From contig OX597823.1 in NCBI GenBank assembly GCA_951406725.2, positions 40,672,001 through 40,736,000 of the forward strand: 64,000 nt of DNA, in the 5' to 3' direction. Positions 54,057-64,000 of the stretch are shown here, one piece after another (within the stretch, counting starts at the first letter, position 1; the number at the start of each line of letters is the position of its first letter). Made by a program: the position numbers and the translations under genes. Under the pieces are notes generated by a model. That model was not told where the DNA came from and made no database searches. It saw only the letters and a list, made by a program, of their open reading frames with translations. The stretch comes from Octopus vulgaris (Eukaryota).

Positions 54057-54396
54057 ATATATATATATATATAAATATAAATATATATATATATATTGGA
54101 GGGGGAGGCGTATGTGCGTGTCTGTTGTCCTATTTTGTCAACGGCGTCCATGACTTTTCTTATGTTTATACTACGGGGGCATAAACTAACCCTGGTTGTC
54201 AAGTGGTGCAGTGGGAAAATAACACCATACACACACACACATATAGACCCACCATGTATATAACTGGTTTCCACATAGCTTTTGACTATTATATTTGCTC
54301 ACAAAGTACTGGTCAGCTCGGGGCTAAAGGAGAACATAATTGTGACGTGTGCTTCCTAACCACACAGGCATTCTTACGCCTCTACATGTGTGTGGA

Positions 54397-54772
54397 GGTA
54401 CAATCGCCCAGTGGTTAGGACAGCGGACTCGCATTCATAGGATCGCTGTTTCTATTCCCAGACTGGGCGTTGTAAGTGTTTATTGAGCGAAAACAACTAA
54501 AGCTCTACAGGGCTCCGACAGGAGGTGGTGGCGAACCCTGCAGTACTCTTTCACCACAACTTTCTCTCACTCTTTCACCCTGCATCTGTTGTACCTGTAC
54601 TTCGAAGGGCCAGCATTGTCTCACTCTGTGTCACGCTGAATCTCTCGGAGAACTACGTTAAGGGTACACGTGTCGGTGGAGTACTCAGCCACTTGCTCGT
54701 TAATTTCATGAGCAGGTTGCTCCACTTCTCGGTTCAGCTGGAACCCTCGTCGCCGTAACCTACGGAGTGCCA
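54397..54772 (+). mobile_element. SINE family C-related copy (tail variant 2)
   Basis: Head CCCAGTGGTTAGGACAGCGGACTC; 3' part CACGCTGAATCTC..GAGAACTACGTTAAGGGTACACGTG...CCACTTGC.CGTTAATTTC...CCCTCGTCG.CGTAACC..CGGAGTG shared with 18500-18656. Confidence 0.75.
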
Positions 54773-55041
54773 CGATGATGATATATGCTTGCGTTTGTGT
54801 GTGTATAAATACTACAAAAATCTTTTGTGAACCACTATGAATTGGTTGTGCGTACCATGCATATTCTTTCAATCGTTTATGTACTTCGTCGCAAAGGGGA
54901 GAGAAGTAGGTAGACAGATAAACCGAAAGGGAGAGAAACATAGATATTAGCCGGTTCCTCCTGCATCGATACCCTGTGTTTCATGTGCTGTACATTGCAT
55001 CGGACGAAATTACTATTTGATAATGACATCAGCAGGTTGAA

Positions 55042-55105
<64 letters not shown>

Positions 55106-55443
55106 TGGTATTTAATGATGCATAGGATTTTCCAGGAAAGAAAATGTTCCTCTAACACACTCTTTAGAAGGAAAATCCCTTAGCAGAATAGTAAATATAT
55201 TCAGGATTTTCTGAAGATATTGTTGTATGAGTTATTATCGAAATTTCAGCAATGGAGCTTGGTTTCTTTGAGAGCAACCACATTCTTTTTGCTAGGAAGA
55301 CTTCTACATACGTATCTCTCTCTCCTCCTCTTTTTTCTCTCTCCCTCCTTTGTTTATATATATATATATTTGTATATGTGTATATATATATATATACACA
55401 CTCATATATATGCATGTGTTTGTGCACGTGTGTATATGTGTGT

Positions 55444-55501
<58 letters not shown>

Positions 55502-56459
55502 GAAAGAGAGAAGGAGATAGAGAGTGAGTGTGTGTGTGTTATGAATTCGGGTTGGCATAGTAATACTAATAACCATTTTTTATAACTCTCTCTATATAAG
55601 CTTTAGATTAAAGCGTGTAGCAAGTACAGAGCCTTATATAAATGATTGAATGACTTGGGAACGGAAACTGCATAATCAAATTCATTAGTTTGAGGATGTT
55701 TTTCATATAAGAAGTGCATTTAGAATTGAGTGCTTGTGCAACAACTTCTATTAGAAACAGCTGTAAGTGAATGAAGTTGATTACGTACTTCTTGATTCCT
55801 AATCTTTCAACAATATGTATGTATGTACATATGTATTTATGTGTGTATGTATTTGTTTGTATGTATGACTTCATTCTTTTAAAAATATAACTTCTCTTTC
55901 CTCTACGTATTATTTATGATTATTGATTTCCTAAGTCTGACACAACAAAAAACATTTTTTATTGACTGGGTGACGTCACCTGAATAGATTCAGTTACATT
56001 ATCTCCGTGAATTTTTATTGTTATTGGAAAGATGAAAGGTGAAGTCGACTCCTGCATTGAAATTCAAGATGTTAGGGGATGGAAATTGAAGAGATATAAA
56101 CCATATTCTATCATCTTTTCTACGTATTCAGTCTATTATTTTACTATCGTTTCGATTGCGATACGTTTGTTAATTGTTAATATTAAAAATATTAATTTTC
56201 GATATTAATTCGATCTTTCTAAATTCATTTCTTACGTGATAGTCGTCGTTAACGACGTTCCTCTTGATGTTGTTGTCATTGTAATTCTTCTTGCCGTTAT
56301 TTGTTTTGAGGCAGGAATGACAAGTTTAGAAGTGTGACGAACAAAATGCCATTTCTTATTTAATAGGCATGTTTCATTGTTCTGGATTCCAGCCTCACCA
56401 TTGTCCTTTTGATGTCCACTTACTCGACTATATACCTCCCCACCACTCATCATTAGTAC

Positions 56460-56667
56460 ACCGAATAAAATGTTAAGCGACATTTTGTCCGTTTTCACGT
56501 TCTGAGTTTAAATTCCTCTCTGATCGATTTTGCCTTTCATCCTTTCGGGGTCGATAAAAATACCAATTGAACTTTGGAATCGATGCAGTCGAATTAACCC
56601 ACCCCCGATGTTGCTGTCCTTGTGCCTAAATCTGAAACTTCTCCTCCTCCTCCTCCTCCTCTTCCCC

Positions 56668-56742
<75 letters not shown>

Positions 56743-56802
56743 ATACTACTACCACCACTAACACCACCACACCACCACCACCACCACCACCACTACTACT
56801 AT

Positions 56803-56873
<71 letters not shown>
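56460..56873 (+). mobile_element. SINE family A copy followed by a (CTC)(CTA)(CAC) compound microsatellite
   Basis: TTTTGCCTTTCATCCTTTCGGGGTCGATAAAAATACCA...GCTGTCCTTGTGCCTAAATCTGAAA, then repeats. Confidence 0.8.
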
Positions 56874-57130
56874 TAATTTTATACACGGTGCACCCAAGTT
56901 TCAAGCAGAGACGTCATGGGACAAGGACATTTGCATATGAAGCTGTAAACACCTGAGGCGCCGTGCAGTTGTAGAAAAAGAAATTGACGGATGTTCGTGT
57001 TTCAAAATCAACTCTCTTTATAAACATTTGTCATTGAACGAGTAAGATTGTATTTACATTGAGAGGGATTTATGTAGAATATTTGAGGTACCCATAGGTA
57101 TGATCTTTTGCAGTTCACTTATTTTGGGAA

Positions 57131-57190
<60 letters not shown>

Positions 57191-57834
57191 GTGTGAGTTC
57201 AAATTTCGCCGAGGTCGACTCTGCCATTCATCCCTTCGGGGTCGATAAAGTACCAGTGAAGCACTGTGGTCGATATAATCGACTAGTCCACTCACTTTTA
57301 GTAGAAAGTATTATTATTATTAATGTGTGAGAAAGCAGTGCATGCGATCTAAGTGACATTCGGGAACAAATATACGAATCCCAATATACCCGTCATAACT
57401 ATCCGTCCAATATGGGTACACTAGACACATGCATCACAGCCACATTTGCGTGGCATGACCTTGCAGGTGGGGCTCAGTTAGAATTGTCTTCAGGTCGAAT
57501 AGTCCTTCCTGTTCAAAAGGTCCCTGGATAAGGGTTGTTTAAGGACGATAAACGAAACAGCCATGTTTCTAGAGATGAATTATCCAAATACTAAAGAATC
57601 CCTCTCAACACATTGCTATGATGCTACCCCACTACTCCTACTCGTAATCATATCGTCAGCTACTGAGGGACATGCTCAACTACTTAAGACCAAGCAAGTG
57701 GGAAGCAAATTTGTGGTATTGAGCAAAATATTTACTGTAGCCCGTCTTTTACACAATCTTTTACACCATGCTAACACTTCCAATGAATTAAAATCTGAAA
57801 CATGAAGAGCTACTCCCTGGTATTGTATCAGGGT

Positions 57835-58073
57835 ATTTCTTCTTCTTCTTCTTCTTGACCTTTCTTCTTCCCTCTTCCTTTTCGTTGCCGCCTCCCCCTT
57901 CTTATTCCTTCTCTTTTTCTTGTTCTTTCCCCTCACGTTTGGTTCTTTTTTCCTTCTTCCTTTCTTTTCATTTTCTTTTTCTTCACTTTTCCTCCTCCCC
58001 ATCATTCTTCTTCTTCTTCTTCTTCTTCTTCTTCTTCTTCTTCTTCTACTACTACTTCTTCTTCTTCTTCTTC

Positions 58074-58105
<32 letters not shown>

Positions 58106-58142
58106 CATCATCTTCTTCTCCTTCTTCTCCTCCTTCCTCTTC
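57835..58142. repeat. (CTT)n microsatellite and polypyrimidine low-complexity tract
   Basis: Seen directly. Confidence 0.9.
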
Positions 58143-58832
58143 ATGTCTGTGCATATATTATCAATTTACCAATTTGCGTGGTTTGCAGACGAGTGCAGTG
58201 TATAATAAATAACTCTATAATTTATGTCTGTCTTGTTTAAGGTTAATAAAAAAGCATAAAACTCTAAAATTTAACTGCAGATACATAGTAACTGTATTAT
58301 ATTAACAATACTAAATAATTTAATGCAAATGTCTTCTTTTTTTTTTCTTCCTTCTACTCCTTGGAATAATGCTAAACAGATTTTAAGTATTATGCTTACT
58401 GTATCAAATAAAATATACTGTTTGTTTTGAAATGTCTATTGCCAAGCATTGTGTATTCATATTTCAATTAGCACAAACTGTACTTGTTGTATGCAAAACA
58501 TATCTTATTGAGGCTGGCTGTCATTACGTATTTTTCTCTCTTCAAATGATAACGGTGTACATAAAAAAGATAATACACATAAGTGAACTACACGATCGAG
58601 AAAATGTTAGAACTGAAAGTGAAATAATAAACTCTTTTAGAAATTGAAAATACACAAATATATATATATAAAAAAAAAATAATAATAGAGTACAATGGGA
58701 AATAGATTTAAAAGAAATATTCTAAACACACTGACTGGGAATGTGGTACATATCAAAGTATGATTTATTGGGTCATATTCTAAATTTCAAACGTAAATAC
58801 CTCAATGCGTTACTGTGCCTTCTCTGCTGCTG

Positions 58833-58892
<60 letters not shown>

Positions 58893-59324
58893 TCAATCAC
58901 TGGAACCCATGTGTATCTCCCGTTCCTTCTTACTATTACACTTTCCATCTGCTTTTTACACCAAGTCAGCAATGTAGGAAACGTCATAACATTAGCATCG
59001 TTTTTATTTTTTCTTCCGCCATCTTAATTATTCTGGGTTTTTATTTATATAGAATATAATCCGAAATGATAAACTCACCTTTAATTATTTCCATTTGGTA
59101 TATTTGTATTCATTGTTTATACTCTTTCATTCTTATTGTGTGGTTTCATGTTTCAAAATCCTTTTCCTCCTTGTTTTACTCGTCAAATTTCATATAATAT
59201 TTGTCTCCTTAACATTCAATCGTACATTTACTTGTGGGCTTTTATTTTACCTCTCCCCTTCTCTCTGACTCTCTCACTCTCTCTCTATTTATTTATCTAT
59301 CTGTGTGTGTGTGTCTATCTGTCC

Positions 59325-59337
59325 GTCAGTCTGTCTG

Positions 59338-59391
<54 letters not shown>

Positions 59392-59456
59392 CATCCATCC
59401 ATCCATCCATCCATCCATCCATCCATCCATCCATCCATCCATCCATCCATCCATCC

Positions 59457-59498
<42 letters not shown>

Positions 59499-59637
59499 AT
59501 ATATATATATATATATATCCATCCATCTACCCATATATCCATCCTTCCATCTATCTGTCTGTCTATCTATCTATCTATCCATCCATCCATCTATCCATCC
59601 ATCCATCCATATATCCATCCTTCCATCTATCTGTCTG

Positions 59638-59689
<52 letters not shown>

Positions 59690-59690
59690 C

Positions 59691-59724
<34 letters not shown>

Positions 59725-59760
59725 GTCCATCTACCTATCTGTCTGTCCGTCTGTCTTTCT
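59325..59760. repeat. (TCTA)n/(TCCA)n/(TCTG)n compound tetranucleotide array
   Basis: Seen directly; explains the 272-aa [11 protein letters not shown]. Confidence 0.95.
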
Positions 59761-62519
59761 CTCCCTCTCTCTCCTTCTCCCCTCTCTCTCTCTCGCTATA
59801 TATATATATATACATACACACATGCATACATACACTGACGTTCTATAAACCTGAAGGACATGTATCACATTGGAATACATCTCTAATACTTGTGCTTTTA
59901 TTAAATACTTTCTCAAGACTGCATCAAACAATTCTCCACGCGGTTCATGTGTAAGGATTCATGCCACACGTGTTACAAATAGCAGTCTACAGACCTGATG
60001 TTTATTCCTACTGTCTCTCTCTCTTCTACGGCCGTCATTGGACCTCTTAGTCCTCTCGACTTACATATCGCGTACTACATAGAAGGAAGTCCACTACATG
60101 TACATATTTCATCACTCTCCTGCAATCTACCAAACATCACATTAATCGCATCGTTCGTTTCTACTCTCCTCTCACGAACTAAAATCTCCAGAACTTCTGT
60201 CTGCTGACATTTCACCTATAGAAATTTGCTATAAAAGTTTTAAGTAAGCATAAACCAAATATATCTTATTTGTCTTAAACAAACATCGCAGGTCATAGGC
60301 TTTGCCATATTACATAGATATATATTCACACGTACTTACACGTTATAATCCATCATATTATGTGCTATATTATTTTATTTATTCGAGACCTGAAGGTGCG
60401 TGCTATAGTTATTGGCCTTACGGTCATAAGTTCGTTGGTTCGATTCTTGAATGGGGCAGTGGGTTGTGTTCGTAAATAAGGAACACTATTTTGTGTTGCT
60501 TTAATCTATTCAGGTGAAAATAAGCACCAGCTGAGTACCGCGACCCATCCTCTATCTTCCTCCAGATGTCACATCTATGATATTCTGCTAGGCGAAGAGT
60601 AGGATAGCCAAGAGGTGTTTGTATCTGTTTGTGATTATATAGGCAACTAAAAATATTAGCGAAAGCGTGGAATAAGCTATCAGCTCGCACTCATTTTGTG
60701 AGCGACGGTTAAGTAGTCCATTCTGTCTAATCGCAGTGAATTTGGCAGAATCGTTAATGCTACAGACGAAATGCCTTGCTTTATTTACGTTCTTTAATTT
60801 CGGATTTCAAATCCTATCTTAGTCGTCTTTACCTTCGTATATTTACAATCATTAAAAATAATTACTTTCTAAGTCTCAGAATTGATATAATCTACAGCTT
60901 CCTCCAAGTAAAATATCTGACCACGTGACAATGTAATAAACCGTTATCATTTTCTGTTTCTTTCTCTGCTTGCATGTTTGCGCTAATTAAAATTGAGATG
61001 TCTTGTTTATTTGGTATTTAGTATGGTTATATATTAATTTGGATCCACAATTATTCATTTACTGCAGCTGTCTGTAACTAACAAATTATATCTGATAATG
61101 AATTGTTAAGAACTTAGCAAGCTGTATTGCTACTAAACATTTAATCACTGTTATACATTGCTAGTTAATAAACTAATGATTAGAATAGCATATTTCTTGT
61201 TGAGTGTCATTACATATTTAATTTATGAATGAAGATTTTATTAATAAGACTATTCACAAGCATTCCCGAATTGAGGAAATCGACGCTTTAACTTCTGCAG
61301 TCTAATATTTGTTGGAAAAACGCCGCCGTTATCTTCGTTGTCACCGTCATCGTACAACTGGAGTCAGGCCTTATGGACTTGACATTTGATTCGTCGTTAG
61401 AACTTGTCAGCTTGTTGTATATATACAGCTACATTGTTTAATGTGCCCTTACTGTTTTAAGTATGTAGGTTGTGATTTAGGAGAGATTTGATTACTATTT
61501 CAAGCTCATTGAGCAATTACATAGAAGCTTCCCCGACGTTTCTGAGGTGAACGATCGTATGATAACAATGTTAAATGATTGCTATTTTGTGGATGAAATA
61601 TTGTGGTTAAAGCATTGAGCACGAGATACAAGTGTAAGATATCGGGATAATGATGTGAACAAGATATAAAATCTCATCACTAAATTTGGCAAGATAGTCA
61701 AATAGCAGAGTTGTTCCAACGTTCATTAGATTACTTTGTGTTAATCATTTTGGTCCTCTTTGATAAGGGTCTTATGCAATCGACAAATAAAGTGCTTCTC
61801 TTTCATTTGTTCATTCTTTCTCCTTGTTTTACTCTCTTCTGGAAGAAATCTCCCGAGCTGAGACAAGACCTCTTCCAGATCTAAAATCTCTCAAGACACA
61901 CTGTGTGTTATGGACGACGCCTTTACGAGTTTATCAAGAAGATGAGAGCCCAAGACTAATTTTTCAGAGGAAGATTGAGCTTATGTATTATAATACTATG
62001 TTAGTGGAACATTTAAAGTTGATGTGGTGTTAAAACTGACGCAAAAATCAAAATTTGTTGCCAGACTTGTGGTTGTAGTTTGCTTATGAGTCAAGGAGTG
62101 TCTTTTTGAGTATGAGATTCAGAACCTGTGTTTGAACAAAACGATTCCAAACCATGTAATCAATTCTGTAACGTAGAATACATTTTGGCTCTACACATGA
62201 ACTTTTGGTGTTCAGAATTGATGTAGTTACTAGACGTAGAATGTTAAATGATCCTTGAAATGTAAAAACATTATTAACGTCTGAAACGTTTGAAACACAA
62301 TATTAACTACTGGAAACATGTTAAATATTACGCACACATATATACACACATACATACATACATACATACATACATACATACATACATACATACATACATA
62401 CATACACACATACATATATTTATGTTTTTCTATATGCGTACGAGTGTATATATTTCTTCTTCTTCTTCTTCTTCTTCTTCTTCTTCTTCTTCTTCTTCTT
62501 CTTCTTCTTCTTCTTCCTC

Positions 62520-63062
<543 letters not shown>

Positions 63063-63626
63063 AATATTATTATATCGGACACATTAAACGTAATTTAGCC
63101 ACAATTTCCCTTTTGTATTGTATAGAGTATAAATTTACGACAGAAAGCTATTCTATAACTTGCTCTGTTTCAAATATCCCTAGAGACCGATATTGGGCTC
63201 TTTTATAATTGATTACATGTCATCTCTCAAGCCATCACACTTTACTAGACCTTTTTTTCACAGAATCGCCGCCTGTATGACATGCTTTTCTCTTTATCTG
63301 ATTATCCTTTTAAATATCGCTTCTCAACATATCATTCTTCTGCTTTTATCTGTGATCCTACCATCCACTATCTTTTTGCTGTTTCTCAATCTCTCACGAA
63401 CCCGATCTCTTACTTACGTCTTCCAGATTTTATTTCCTTGAAACTCCCGAGTAAGTTTCTACCTACACTCTCTTCATCTTCGGAGTGCATTAATTCTATC
63501 CATATCTCCCTGACTCTCCATCATTGTCTCAATTTATTAATAGCCCTATCATCTCTTATAGCCGACTCAACAAACTCGCCATCTCTTTCTCATTTTCATT
63601 CCCTTTAACTTACTGAACTTAGTGAA

Positions 63627-63954
63627 GGCGCATGGCTCAGTGGTTAGAGCGTCGAGCTTACGATCGTGAGGTTGTGAGCTCGAATCCCGGACCGGGCTGC
63701 GTCTTGTGTTCTTGAGCACAGCACTTTATTTCACGTTGCTCCAGTTCACTCAGCTGTAGAAATGAGTTGCGACGTCACTGGTGCCAAGCTGTATCGACCT
63801 TCGTCTTTCCCTTGGATAACACTGGTGGCGTGGAGAGGGGAGGCTCGTATGCATGGGCGACTGCTGGTCTTCCATAAACAACCTTGCCCGGACTTGTGTC
63901 TAGGAGGGTAACTTTCTAGGGGCAATCCCATGTTCATTCATGACCGAAGGGGGT
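63627..63954 (+). mobile_element. SINE family C, full length and young, with 17-bp TSD (tail variant 1)
   Basis: A box TGGCTCAGTGG and B-box-like GAGCTCGAATCCC; flanking direct repeat CTTTAACTTACTGAACT at 63603-63619 and 63955-63971. Confidence 0.92.
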
Positions 63955-64000
63955 CTTTAACTTACTGAACTGCTTTTTCTCTAATTCTATATCAGTCTCT

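Noticed and set aside
57330-57775. Complex GC-richer block, likewise 10220-10635, 27340-28100, 31830-32130 and 63190-63600
   Set aside because: These look like interspersed-repeat or LINE 3' remnants but are single-copy in this window and lack diagnostic motifs, so no family call is supportable.
63627-63700. tRNA-like sequence with A and B boxes
   Set aside because: It has no proper acceptor stem or terminator and continues into a SINE body flanked by a TSD, so it is a SINE head, not a tRNA gene.

Overview
This window is AT-rich, microsatellite-saturated eukaryotic DNA with no supportable intact protein-coding gene. The SINE families, R4/Dong-type LINE debris and (TAA)n/(CA)n/(TA)n density strongly suggest an octopus (coleoid cephalopod) genome; this is recognition from memory, not a database result. 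Nearly all supplied ORFs are microsatellite translations. Real content: (1) three tRNA-headed SINE families (called A, B, C here) in dozens of copies, with family A forming tandem arrays joined at one identical junction; (2) R4/Dong-type RLE retrotransposon fragments stacked in (TAA)n tracts, one split exactly in frame by a composite Helitron (A|TC...CTAG|T) that has two 5' ends and a piggyBac fragment; (3) a 377-bp TSD-flanked bipartite RTE derivative with a cUUCGg hairpin; (4) a mariner relic, a hAT-type MITE and a Penelope-type degenerate hammerhead motif. The best non-transposon signal is a candidate recursive splice site at 36742/36743 (+): branch-point-like motif, long pyrimidine tract, AG|GTAAGT, and a second GTAAGT 67 nt downstream, i.e. 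cryptic RS-exon architecture. With a weak candidate exon near 49976-50041, it suggests the window lies inside a giant + strand intron. All alignments were done by eye, so coordinates of degraded repeats are approximate.
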